From a virus (taxonomy: Duplodnaviria > Heunggongvirae > Uroviricota > Caudoviricetes), in IMG/VR virus record IMGVR_UViG_2737471830_000002: 33,074 bases of DNA; one strand, given 5' to 3'. How positions within the stretch are numbered: the first letter of the stretch is position 1; each line of letters begins with the position of its first letter. Below are positions 21,366 to 29,016 of the stretch, piece after piece. The translations under genes were made by a program, and so were the position numbers. The notes under the pieces were generated by a model. It did no database searches. It was not told the origin of the DNA and saw only the letters and a list, made by a program, of their open reading frames with translations.

Positions 21366-21544
21366 CTTGTATTCCTCGCACGATGTCTTAGCCACCGGAT
21401 ATCCCACAGGTGAGCCGTGTAGTTGAAGGTTTTTACGTCAGATTCTTTTGGGATTGGCTTGCGTTTATTTCTGGAGCGTTTCGTTGGAAGGTATTTGCAG
21501 TTTTCGCAGATGATGTCGGTGATACTTCGTCACTGTCGTCTCAT
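21362..21544 (-). pseudogene. ninE: ninE-like gene with in-frame TGA at codon 5
   Basis: ATG at 21544 overlaps the ninB stop (ATGA); reads MRRQ, TGA at 21532..21530, then 55 sense codons ([55 protein letters not shown]) ending in a stop overlapping ninF. Confidence 0.55.
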
Positions 21545-21981
21545 GCCGCCCTGTCTCCCCATCGCGCTTTCCATTCGAGAGCCAGTCGCGCTTCGTCTGA
21601 CCACTTAACGCCACGCTCTGTACCGAATGCCTGTATAAGCTCTAATAGCTCCGCAAATTCGCTTACCCGCATCCTGCTGGTTGACTGGCCTATTACCACA
21701 AAGCCATTCCCGGCAAGGTTAGGAACAACGTCCTGCTGCTTTAATGCTGCGGTAAACACACACTTCCAGCTTTCTGCATCCAGCCAGCGACCATGCCATT
21801 CAACCTGACGAGAGACGTCACCAAGGCAAGCCCAAAGCTTCCGATTCTGGTCTAAGCTGCGGTTGCGCTCCTGAATGATCACTACGATTGGCTTGGTTGG
21901 GTCTGGAAGGATTTGCTGTACTGCGTGAATAGCGTTTTGCTGATGTGCTGGAGATCGAATTTCAAAGGTTAGTTTTTTCAT
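21541..21981 (-). CDS. ninB: NinB (Orf-family recombination mediator)
   Basis: MKKLTFEIRSPAHQQNAIHAVQQILPDPTKPIVV... near-identical to lambda NinB; ATG at 21981. Confidence 0.85.
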   Translation of the reverse strand: MKKLTFEIRSPAHQQNAIHAVQQILPDPTKPIVVIIQERNRSLDQNRKLWACLGDVSRQVEWHGRWLDAESWKCVFTAALKQQDVVPNLAGNGFVVIGQSTSRMRVSEFAELLELIQAFGTERGVKWSDEARLALEWKARWGDRAA

Positions 21982-21997
21982 GACTTCCCTCTCCCCC

Positions 21998-22028
21998 AAA
22001 TAAAAAGGCCTGCGATTACCAGCAGGCC
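21998..22028 (-). terminator. tR2-like intrinsic terminator between helicase and ninB
   Basis: Minus-strand hairpin AGGCCTGC-tggtaatc-GCAGGCCT followed by TTTTTATTT. Confidence 0.6.
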
Positions 22029-22054
22029 TGTTATTAGCTCAGTGATGTAGATGG

Positions 22055-23431
22055 TCATACGTCAGCCCCTTGTGCATATCGTCTGCCACGTGCAGCAGGT
22101 GCATTTGATGCTGTGCAAATCTGTCTGGCTTCATCCTGGTCACATGCAACAAAGTGTCCGTTGCAGAACCGCTGGTAAACCGTACCAAGTGAGCCAAAAC
22201 GGTTTTTCGTCACGATGATTTCAGCAAATGGCGCGGCGCTACTGTTCTCGTCATATACCGCTTCCCGATAGAGCATGATGATTGAGTCTGCGTCCTGCTC
22301 AATGCTTCCTGAATCACGCAAATCTGCGTTTGTCGGGCGTTTGTTTGGTCGCTTCTCAACATCGCGCGAAAGCTGACTCAGGGAGATAACAGGCGTTTTC
22401 AGGTCTTTCGCCATCGCCTTCAGGCTTCCGGAGATGTGAGCAATTGCAAGGTCGTTGCGGTCTGCTTTCGGCTTCTCAATCAGGCCAAGATAATCCGCCA
22501 TGATGAGTGACAGGTTTGGATTTTCCTGTTTGTGCCGTTCTGCGATTGAGCGTATTTCTTCGACCGATAACCGCGAGGCATCGACTACCCATACATCCAA
22601 ATCCGCAAGCTGACTCATGCCGTTAGCAACACGTGCCCAGCCTTCGTCATCCATCGATGCAGGATTTCGCAGTACGCTAACAGACATCCTCCCGGCGTTG
22701 GCAATGCTTCGCTCTGCAATCTGCAATGCGCTCATTTCCATTGAGAAAATCAATACCCCGCGCCGGACGTCAGAACCAGGAATAACGCGGCTTGCCGCAC
22801 CTTCGGCAATCTTCAGCGCCAGTTCGGTTTTCCCCATACCAGGACGAGCAGCGATTATCACCAGGTCTTCCGCGTTCATCCCTCCGGTGATGGCATCAAG
22901 TTCTTCGATTCCGGTCTTCAGGGTATCTGACTCTTCTCCGTTCCTCAGACGCCTGTCAAGCGTGTCAGTGTAGTCAGTAATGATTTCCCCTAACCGTACA
23001 GGTTTAACCTCGTCACGGGGCTTTCTGATGGCTGAGAGACGCTTTACAAGCTCATCCATCGCCTGACTCGATGCGTCGATGGTTCCGCTCTGAATTGGTT
23101 CACGCATTTCATCCATGATTTCCAGCACCAGACGGCGGTGATAGTTATCCGCGACCATTCCGGCATATCCCTTCAGGTTTGCGGCACTCGGGCAGTTTTT
23201 GCTGGTCATCAGGATTGACGTGAAATGCTCCTCTCCGCACGCCTCGGCAACCATCAGCGCATCGATTAGGTTTCTGTTTCTCGCCTGCTTGCGGATAACC
23301 TCGAAGGCTTTCCGGTAGAGTGGAATTGAAAACGCTTCCGGATCCAGCGTTGCCAGAACGTCACTGGCGGTTGGAGTTAATCCACCAATCAGCAGGCCAC
23401 CGATAACGCTCGCTTCGATATCCTGTCTCAT
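22055..23431 (-). CDS. Replicative DNA helicase, DnaB family (P22 gp12-like)
   Basis: 458 aa; Walker A ARPGMGKT; DnaB-like C-terminal RecA fold motifs. Confidence 0.85.
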   Translation of the reverse strand: MRQDIEASVIGGLLIGGLTPTASDVLATLDPEAFSIPLYRKAFEVIRKQARNRNLIDALMVAEACGEEHFTSILMTSKNCPSAANLKGYAGMVADNYHRRLVLEIMDEMREPIQSGTIDASSQAMDELVKRLSAIRKPRDEVKPVRLGEIITDYTDTLDRRLRNGEESDTLKTGIEELDAITGGMNAEDLVIIAARPGMGKTELALKIAEGAASRVIPGSDVRRGVLIFSMEMSALQIAERSIANAGRMSVSVLRNPASMDDEGWARVANGMSQLADLDVWVVDASRLSVEEIRSIAERHKQENPNLSLIMADYLGLIEKPKADRNDLAIAHISGSLKAMAKDLKTPVISLSQLSRDVEKRPNKRPTNADLRDSGSIEQDADSIIMLYREAVYDENSSAAPFAEIIVTKNRFGSLGTVYQRFCNGHFVACDQDEARQICTASNAPAARGRRYAQGADV

Positions 23432-24249
23432 GCAATCCCCCTGTCTGCAAACTTCCCTTCCCGAACTCCCGTTAACGAGTCTTCCCTCAGCAGGTAATCA
23501 AAATCAGCCGTCCAGCCCGTGTCGTTGTCTCCGAAGTAAAACGGCTTGGCCTGATGCACAAACGCCCTGACATACGCTCTGAAACCGTCCACGTTTGGCG
23601 TTTTCAGTTGCGGGATGATTTTCTTCAGGCGGCGTTTGCGTTTCTCGTTGACCGCAACAGCGTGTGGCAGTCTGTCACCGACTTCGGTGTTGTAGGCGTT
23701 CAGGAAGGATTCGTAGTCGATTCGTTCTGCCTTGCGACGTTCAGGTTTAACCTGCCCATCGCCGCCCCCGTTAGGGGGTAAGGGGGTATTTGTATTTATT
23801 GTCTTTTGTATATTGTCTTTTGTGTTTAGCTGACTTGGCTTATACCCATTAGCTGACTTGGCTAATGTTTTATTAGCTGTTTTAGCTAATGTTAAGCTGT
23901 CCTGGCTAATCCACTGCGAAACCACCTTGTTCACTCCGATTTTCACGCCATCAGCAATGAGGAATTTACGCTCAATAAGCTGGCGCTTGGCAGCGCAAAC
24001 ATGAGTGTGATGAATACCTGTCATGGCTGCTATCTGCGTGTTTGTGAGTCGATCCATCGGCTTATTGAATCCGTATGTCTTGCGCATGATAGCGAGCATC
24101 ACCTTCAACTGCCGGACGGTTAAATCAGCCATCAGCAGACTGTCGGTAATCTCGTTAGCAACGCGCATGAAACCATCTTCGGTATCTGCCACGCGATGCT
24201 CCACGACCTCCAGTTGAGGCCTGTAATCAGCTAACTTAACGACGCCCAT
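23428..24249 (-). CDS. Replication initiation protein (P22 gp18 / lambda O-like)
   Basis: 273 aa; N-terminal HTH region; ori iterons embedded mid-gene; precedes the helicase with ATGA overlap. Confidence 0.75.
   Translation of the reverse strand: MGVVKLADYRPQLEVVEHRVADTEDGFMRVANEITDSLLMADLTVRQLKVMLAIMRKTYGFNKPMDRLTNTQIAAMTGIHHTHVCAAKRQLIERKFLIADGVKIGVNKVVSQWISQDSLTLAKTANKTLAKSANGYKPSQLNTKDNIQKTINTNTPLPPNGGGDGQVKPERRKAERIDYESFLNAYNTEVGDRLPHAVAVNEKRKRRLKKIIPQLKTPNVDGFRAYVRAFVHQAKPFYFGDNDTGWTADFDYLLREDSLTGVREGKFADRGIA
23770..23910. repeat. Putative replication origin: iterons plus AT-rich stretch inside the initiator gene
   Basis: Direct repeats TTAGCTGACTTGGCT x2, TTGTCTTTTGT x2, GGGGGTA x2, GGCTAAT x2 and an AT-rich run. 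Confidence 0.5.
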
Positions 24250-24397
24250 GTTTCACTCCTGCTTTGGCTAGTCTGTAAACACCAACAAGGCGCTCTGCGA
24301 ACGCCATGTTATTTGCTGCGGCTACCACTAATCCCTCAGGTGAATCAGGGTGTCGAATCTCTTCTTTTTCCTGGTATTTCTTACGACGTTTTGTCAT
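24227..24397 (-). CDS. Hypothetical small basic protein (56 aa) between C1 and the initiator
   Basis: ATG at 24397 with AGGAG RBS; MTKRRKKYQEKEE...; stop overlaps the gp18 start. Shorter than the ORF-track cutoff. Confidence 0.4.
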
Positions 24398-24431
24398 AAT
24401 TACTCCTGTGGATTGATCCAGTCTTTCTACA

Positions 24432-24710
24432 TCAGGCCTCGAAGAATTCGCCGTTCTTCGGGGCTTTTTCTTTTGTCAGCATTCTGGCTACTTTCTTAGC
24501 CAGTTCCGCCAACTCCTCGTCTTCAACACCCCATTCAAGAACAGCCAGAAGCATTCCCATTTTTGGGATGAAGCTGTCTTTCCATCGCGAAATTTGCGAT
24601 TCATTAATCCCTAACGCGTCGGCAACCTTTCGCTGACCACGTACAGCAATTCGATTCAGGATGTTGCTTGTAATTGCATTCGCTTTCTTGCGAGTACTTG
24701 TAAGTTCCAT
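24432..24710 (-). CDS. CII-type transcriptional activator (P22 C1-like)
   Basis: MELTSTRKKANAITSNILNRIAVRGQRKVADALGINESQISRWK...LAVLEWGV matches the lambda CII / P22 C1 family; ATG at 24710 with AAGGA RBS. Confidence 0.75.
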   Translation of the reverse strand: MELTSTRKKANAITSNILNRIAVRGQRKVADALGINESQISRWKDSFIPKMGMLLAVLEWGVEDEELAELAKKVARMLTKEKAPKNGEFFEA

Positions 24711-24724
24711 ATGTAAGTATTTCC

Positions 24725-24761
24725 TTAACAAATAAGAAGTTATGCGCATCAACTTATGCGC
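24725..24761 (-). terminator. tR1-like hairpin between nutR and the cII-like gene
   Basis: Minus-strand GCGCAT-AAGTTG-ATGCGC followed by a U-containing tail; position corresponds to lambda tR1. Confidence 0.35.
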
Positions 24762-24768
24762 GTTGTAT

Positions 24769-24812
24769 TCCCGCATTTCGGCGGGAATGAGGACCATGAC
24801 TGTTAAAGAGCG
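24769..24812 (-). promoter_or_regulatory. nutR (boxA CGCTCTTTAACA and boxB hairpin)
   Basis: Minus-strand CGCTCTTTAACA (24812..24801) then TCCCGCCGAAATGCGGGA (24786..24769); the same boxA/boxB pair recurs at nutL. Confidence 0.6.
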
Positions 24813-24818
24813 GTGTTA

Positions 24819-25013
24819 CTATTTGTTTTTCTTGTTGCTTGGGAAAGGACGAACTTCCTCTCCAATCACACTGCCATCAGGCTTTACCGTAACCATGATG
24901 TTACGGCCTGCCAGAATGGCCTTGCTGATAGCGCACTGGATTACACCAAAGTCACTGGCTGCTTTAGCCTGTCCATGGATTTTGGCGTAATCGGCAAGTG
25001 TCATTCGAATCAT
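24819..25013 (-). CDS. cro: Cro repressor (lambda-type fold)
   Basis: [62 protein letters not shown] aligns along its length with lambda Cro; ATG at 25013 after GGAGAG. Confidence 0.8.
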   Translation of the reverse strand: MIRMTLADYAKIHGQAKAASDFGVIQCAISKAILAGRNIMVTVKPDGSVIGEEVRPFPSNKKNK

Positions 25014-25042
25014 ATGCACTCTCCGTTATTAACCATGAACAA

Positions 25043-25112
25043 AGAATACTACAGGTATTCAAAGCAATCAATACTCAGGGTATTTTTAGTTTAAGTACCT
25101 TAGCTATTAGAA
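25043..25112. promoter_or_regulatory. OR operators with divergent pR and pRM
   Basis: AATACTACAGGTATT (25045..25059) and AATACTCAGGGTATT (25070..25084); minus-strand pR -35 TTGATT and -10 TATTCT overlap them; plus-strand TAGAAT (25107..25112) lies 7 nt before the cI ATG, implying a leaderless cI mRNA. Confidence 0.6.
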
Positions 25113-25119
25113 TTAAGCT

Positions 25120-25836
25120 ATGGAAAATAAAAAATCACTGACGACAGAACAGCTCGAAGACGCTAAGCGGCTTAAGGCTTTGTATGAGTCAAAAAAGAAA
25201 GAATTGGGAATAACCCAATACTCAATTGCTGATGAACTGGGTATCACCCAAGGAGCGGTAGGGCATTATCTTAATGGCAGAAACGCGCTAAACGTTGAGG
25301 TTGCATCTGGTTTTGCACGATTGTTGCAAGTCTCAATTGCTGATTTTAGCCAGTCAATTGCTGCCAAGGTTGCAGAACAGGCAGAAAGCCTTAAGAGCGA
25401 TGCCAACGTAAGGTATGCAGGGGAATACAGAGCAGGAAAGAGGTATCCGGTGTTAAGCAGTATCCAGGCTGGCTCGTGGTGTGAAGCATGCGAACCATAC
25501 ACCATTAAAGACATAGATGTTTGGCTTGAGTCTGACGCGCATATTCAAGGTAATGCGTTCTGGCTTAAAGTGGAAGGTGATTCAATGACGGCACCGGTTG
25601 GGTTAAGCATTCCAGAGGGAACATTCGTTCTTTTCGATACCGGAAGGGAGGCGATCAACGGCAGCTTGGTCATAGCAAAACTTTCTGACTCTAACGAAGC
25701 AACATTCAAGAAGCTGATAATCGACGGCGGAAATAAATACCTCAAGGGACTTAATCCTGCATGGCCTCTCGTGCCAATCAATGGAAACTGCAAGATTATA
25801 GGCGTTGCAATTGAGACAAAACTAAGGCTGGTTTGA
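25120..25836 (+). CDS. cI: CI repressor (HTH N-domain plus S24 LexA-like autopeptidase C-domain)
   Basis: 238 aa; LTTEQLEDAKRLKALYESKKKELGITQ...AFWLKVEGDSMTAP...FKKLI parallels lambda CI including the cleavage-domain motifs. Confidence 0.9.
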   Translation: MENKKSLTTEQLEDAKRLKALYESKKKELGITQYSIADELGITQGAVGHYLNGRNALNVEVASGFARLLQVSIADFSQSIAAKVAEQAESLKSDANVRYAGEYRAGKRYPVLSSIQAGSWCEACEPYTIKDIDVWLESDAHIQGNAFWLKVEGDSMTAPVGLSIPEGTFVLFDTGREAINGSLVIAKLSDSNEATFKKLIIDGGNKYLKGLNPAWPLVPINGNCKIIGVAIETKLRLV

Positions 25837-25853
25837 TCACGCAAGGGGCGATT

Positions 25854-26222
25854 ATGGTTGGAACCGCTATAGCAAGCTTTTTTGGGATGTTGGCAATCTC
25901 GACAATTTACGGCTTAGCGCATGCTTTTATTGCGAAATCTCTATCAGAAAAAATAAGCCAGGCTTGGGCGCATAGATCAGCTCGTTTCATGATTCTGGTG
26001 ATCATAGCAATACAAGGGATATCTGCATTTATCCTCTATGGTTCAAGCTTATACCTGTTGTATCAAGGCGCGACATTTACGCCTTACACCAGTGATTACG
26101 GAACGCTATACGATGGTAGTGAAGACATCTCTATGGCTTGGATCGTCTTTGGTTTATCTATGGCCGTGTCTGTTGTAGCAGACATCATTAAGGTAATTCT
26201 CGTCTTAACCTTCGCTGACTAA
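25854..26222 (+). CDS. Small integral membrane protein co-transcribed with cI; candidate superinfection-exclusion/abortive-infection factor
   Basis: 122 aa from ATG at 25854 (AAGGGG RBS), 18 nt after the cI stop; three or four predicted TM segments; no similarity recognised. Confidence 0.55.
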   Translation: MVGTAIASFFGMLAISTIYGLAHAFIAKSLSEKISQAWAHRSARFMILVIIAIQGISAFILYGSSLYLLYQGATFTPYTSDYGTLYDGSEDISMAWIVFGLSMAVSVVADIIKVILVLTFAD

Positions 26223-26309
26223 CCCATAATCCCGGCAGCAATAGCTATCGGGATCCACTTCACATATCCCGCATAAAAAAACACTGAACAAGAAGACACC
26301 GAAAAAATA

Positions 26310-26396
26310 AATATCCTTTGTATTCATTTGCTTATCATTATTTCACCAAAAATAAATACCTTGGGTATTTACACAATAGAATACCTACAGTATTCT
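26310..26396 (+). promoter_or_regulatory. OL operators and pL
   Basis: AATATCCTTTGTATT (26310..26324), AATACCTTGGGTATT (26355..26369), AATACCTACAGTATT (26380..26394); -35 TTTACA (26368..26373), 17-bp spacer, -10 TATTCT (26391..26396). Confidence 0.6.
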
Positions 26397-26441
26397 TTAG
26401 CCATCAGCAGGACGCTGGAAGCCAAACGGAACAGATTGGCA

Positions 26442-26483
26442 GGCTCTTTAACATTGATGGGATTGTCCCGCCGAAATGCGGGA
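26442..26483 (+). promoter_or_regulatory. nutL (boxA and boxB)
   Basis: GGCTCTTTAACA (26442..26453) and TCCCGCCGAAATGCGGGA (26466..26483), identical boxB to nutR, upstream of N. Confidence 0.6.
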
Positions 26484-26590
26484 ACCAAAGAGTAGTTGGC
26501 TTTGGGGTGACGTGAAGTGCAGCTGCACGACGGCAACCGGAAGATAAGCACCCGGAGCGTCACCGCCAAAGTCAATCATCGGAGGTCAAC

Positions 26591-26896
26591 ATGACAGTAG
26601 TCATTACTTATCTGGCTGACGATAACGCCAGAAATCGCCGCAGAGCACGCAGACAGGCTCAACGTGAACAGGCAATGCAAGAACAGCGATTGGCACGAAA
26701 AATTGCGCTAAAGCTCTCTGGTTGCGTCAGAGCAGATAAAGCAGCATCACTCGGAAGCCTTCGCTGCAAGAAGGCAGAAGAAGTCGAGAGTAAACAGAAC
26801 CATATTTACTACCGCAAGCCACGCAGTGAAATGGGTGTGACCTGTTCAGGCCGCCAGAAGCAACGCGGAAAATCAATTCCAGCTTATTACGATTGA
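26591..26896 (+). CDS. N: N-type transcription antiterminator
   Basis: Arginine-rich motif NARNRRRARRQAQREQ at the N-terminus; C-terminus ...KPRSEMGVTCSGRQKQRGKSIP parallels lambda N; GGAGG RBS. Confidence 0.8.
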   Translation: MTVVITYLADDNARNRRRARRQAQREQAMQEQRLARKIALKLSGCVRADKAASLGSLRCKKAEEVESKQNHIYYRKPRSEMGVTCSGRQKQRGKSIPAYYD

Positions 26897-26904
26897 GGTG
26901 AGAT

Positions 26905-27156
26905 ATGGAATTTCATGAAAGTGCGATTTGTGATTTTCGCGCTAACGCAAATTCAGTAAAACCACAGCCAATTGCAGTTCTTTTTAAAACAATGGGTGCG
27001 TGGGCTGTTTTATGCTTCGCCGCTGACGACACTGACGCAAGAATGGCAATAGGCCAAGAGATGGAGATGGACCCGACAAACGATGAATTCATAATTTATG
27101 GCGCTCCATCTAATTACTTACTTGATACCTGCAACATTTACAACAAGGCTGCCTGA
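26905..27156 (+). CDS. Hypothetical protein (83 aa) at the ral-equivalent position
   Basis: ORF directly after N with GAGGTGAG RBS; followed by an intrinsic terminator. Confidence 0.45.
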   Translation: MEFHESAICDFRANANSVKPQPIAVLFKTMGAWAVLCFAADDTDARMAIGQEMEMDPTNDEFIIYGAPSNYLLDTCNIYNKAA

Positions 27157-27175
27157 TGGTGGCCTTTATTTTTGG
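27145..27175 (+). terminator. Intrinsic terminator (tL1-like)
   Basis: AAGGCUGCC-UGAU-GGUGGCCUU stem-loop followed by UAUUUUUGG. Confidence 0.5.
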
Positions 27176-27202
27176 CATAAACAACAGAATAAACACTGCA
27201 CT

Positions 27203-27230
27203 GTGTATTCATTCCAACGAGTGAATACAC
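27203..27230. repeat. Perfect 9-bp inverted repeat GTGTATTCA-N10-TGAATACAC
   Basis: Read directly; lies between two intrinsic terminators in an intergenic region. Confidence 0.6.
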
Positions 27231-27292
27231 GGAGCAATGTCGCTCGTAACTAAACAGGAGCCGACTTGTTCTGATTATTGGAAATCTTCTTT

Positions 27293-27320
27293 GCCCTCTA
27301 ATGTGAGGGCGATTTTTTAT
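27293..27320 (+). terminator. Intrinsic terminator
   Basis: GCCCTC-TAATGT-GAGGGC followed by GATTTTTTAT. Confidence 0.6.
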
Positions 27321-27338
27321 CTGTGAGGATATGAACAG

Positions 27339-27707
27339 ATGTCAAACATCAAAAAATACATCATTGATTACGACTGGAAAGCATCAATAGAAATTGAAAT
27401 CGACCATGACGTAATGACAGAGGAAAAACTTCACCAGATTAATAATTTCTGGTCAGACTCTGAATACCGACTCAATAAACACGGCTCTGTATTAAATGCT
27501 GTATTAATCATGCTGGCACAACATGCTCTGCTTATAACAATTTCAAAAGACCTAAATGCATATGGTGTTGTTTGTGAGTTCGACTGGGATGATGGAAATG
27601 GTCAGGAAGGATGGCCTCCAATGGATGGTAGTGAAGGAATAAGAATTACCGATATCGACACATCTGGAATATTTGATTCAGATGATATGACTATCAAAGC
27701 CGCCTGA
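27339..27707 (+). CDS. Hypothetical acidic protein (122 aa), candidate anti-defence factor
   Basis: ORF with GAGGA RBS, bracketed upstream by two terminators; Asp/Glu-rich (for example DWDDGNGQEGW, ITDIDTSGIFDSDDM); no recognised family. Confidence 0.55.
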   Translation: MSNIKKYIIDYDWKASIEIEIDHDVMTEEKLHQINNFWSDSEYRLNKHGSVLNAVLIMLAQHALLITISKDLNAYGVVCEFDWDDGNGQEGWPPMDGSEGIRITDIDTSGIFDSDDMTIKAA

Positions 27708-27782
27708 GCGCGGCTTTACCGCATACCAATAATGCTTCACGAGAGGCATTTTCATTATGCAATCAAATATAAGGAGTTACCC

Positions 27783-27917
27783 ATGATGCACTTTCAGCTC
27801 GCGGGTAGCGGCGTCATGTCCGCTTTCTACCCGCACGAATCTGAATTATCACGCCGAGTTAAACAATTAATCAGAGCAGCAAAGAAACAACTGGAGGCGT
27901 TATGCGCAATGAAATAG
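27783..27917 (+). CDS. cIII: CIII-like protein (FtsH inhibitor family)
   Basis: 44 aa from ATG at 27783 (AAGGAG RBS); HFQLAGSGVMSAFYPHESELSRRVKQLIRAAKK parallels the lambda CIII central helix. Confidence 0.5.
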   Translation: MMHFQLAGSGVMSAFYPHESELSRRVKQLIRAAKKQLEALCAMK

Positions 27918-28054
27918 CCATTAATCACCAGATGCTTCGTGCTGCACAGAACAAAGCAGTAATAGCCAGATTTATTGGTGATTCAAAAATGTGGCTTGAA
28001 GCAAATAAAGCGATGAAATCAGCTATCAACCTTCCGTGGTATCGCAGGAAATGA
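27902..28054 (+). CDS. kil: Kil-like small protein
   Basis: 50 aa; start overlaps the cIII-like stop, GGAGG RBS; VIARFIGDSKMWLEANKAMKSAI resembles the lambda Kil core as recalled. Confidence 0.4.
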   Translation: MRNEIAINHQMLRAAQNKAVIARFIGDSKMWLEANKAMKSAINLPWYRRK

Positions 28055-28129
28055 GTTTTACAGATAACTGGTCAGACGAAGAATTCATTCGTCAGATGAA
28101 AGATTTAATCGGTAACGAAGGAGATATTC

Positions 28130-28300
28130 ATGTCACTTGCAACCACAGTGAAGGAGAGCAAGTTACAGAGACGCATGTACACGCAGAAAGCTCTCTGGTA
28201 TCGCCATAATGGTGACCGCGAAGGAATGCGGGTATGCCTTAATTTGTCCCGAGTCGAAGTATTAAATCAGCGTTATTTCCTTGGGCCGTGTCCATTCTGA
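28130..28300 (+). CDS. Hypothetical small protein (56 aa); alternative overlapping ORF at 28051..28209
   Basis: ATG at 28130 with AAGGAG RBS, ends 8 nt before the annealase start; which of the two overlapping frames is expressed cannot be decided from sequence alone. Confidence 0.3.
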   Translation: MSLATTVKESKLQRRMYTQKALWYRHNGDREGMRVCLNLSRVEVLNQRYFLGPCPF

Positions 28301-28308
28301 GGTGAATT

Positions 28309-29016
28309 ATGGATTTGAACAAATTCGATGAGCCATTCAGCCCTGAAGATATCGAATGGCGAATACAGCAAAGCGGTAAAACACGCGATGGCAAGGTGTG
28401 GGCTATGGTGCTGGCTTATGTCACGAACCGGGCAATCATGAAACGCCTGGACGATGTTTGCGGCAAAGCAGGATGGCGCAATGAATACCGCGATATTCCC
28501 AACAACGGCGGAGTTGAATGCGGCATATCAATCAAGATTGATTCCGAATGGGTAACCAAATGGGATGCTGCTGAAAACACGCAGGTAGAAGCCGTCAAAG
28601 GTGGTCGTTCCGGTGCAATGAAGCGCGCTGCCGTTCAGTGGGGAATCGGTCGGTATCTGTATAACCTTGAGGAAGGTTTCGCACAAACATCTCTCGATAA
28701 AAAGCAGGGGTGGCACAGGGCAAAACTGAAGGATGGAACAGGATTTTACTGGCTCCCTCCATCGCTGCCGGGATGGGCAATCCCAGCATCAGATAACAAA
28801 CCATCACCAGAAAATACCAACCAGAAATCTCCATCGGTTGACTGCGAACAAATCCTGAAAGACTTCAGCGATTATGCGTCAACAGAAACTGACAAGAAAA
28901 AACTCATCGAGCGTTATCAGCGTGACTGGCAATTAATGGCTGGCAACGAGGAGGCGCAGGCTAAATGCGTTCAGGTAATGAACATCAGAGTTAACGAACT
29001 AAAACAGGCGGCATAA
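28309..29016 (+). CDS. Rad52-family single-strand annealing protein (Sak-like recombinase)
   Basis: 235 aa; GGRSGAMKRAAVQWGIGRYLYNL resembles the Rad52 N-domain signature; immediately precedes ssb. Confidence 0.6.
   Translation: MDLNKFDEPFSPEDIEWRIQQSGKTRDGKVWAMVLAYVTNRAIMKRLDDVCGKAGWRNEYRDIPNNGGVECGISIKIDSEWVTKWDAAENTQVEAVKGGRSGAMKRAAVQWGIGRYLYNLEEGFAQTSLDKKQGWHRAKLKDGTGFYWLPPSLPGWAIPASDNKPSPENTNQKSPSVDCEQILKDFSDYASTETDKKKLIERYQRDWQLMAGNEEAQAKCVQVMNIRVNELKQAA

Noticed and set aside
26223-26300. Intrinsic terminator after the cI-linked membrane protein gene
   Set aside because: Hairpins are present but are followed by an A-run on the plus strand and preceded by the U-run on the minus strand, so neither orientation is a canonical terminator; reported only as a palindromic structure.
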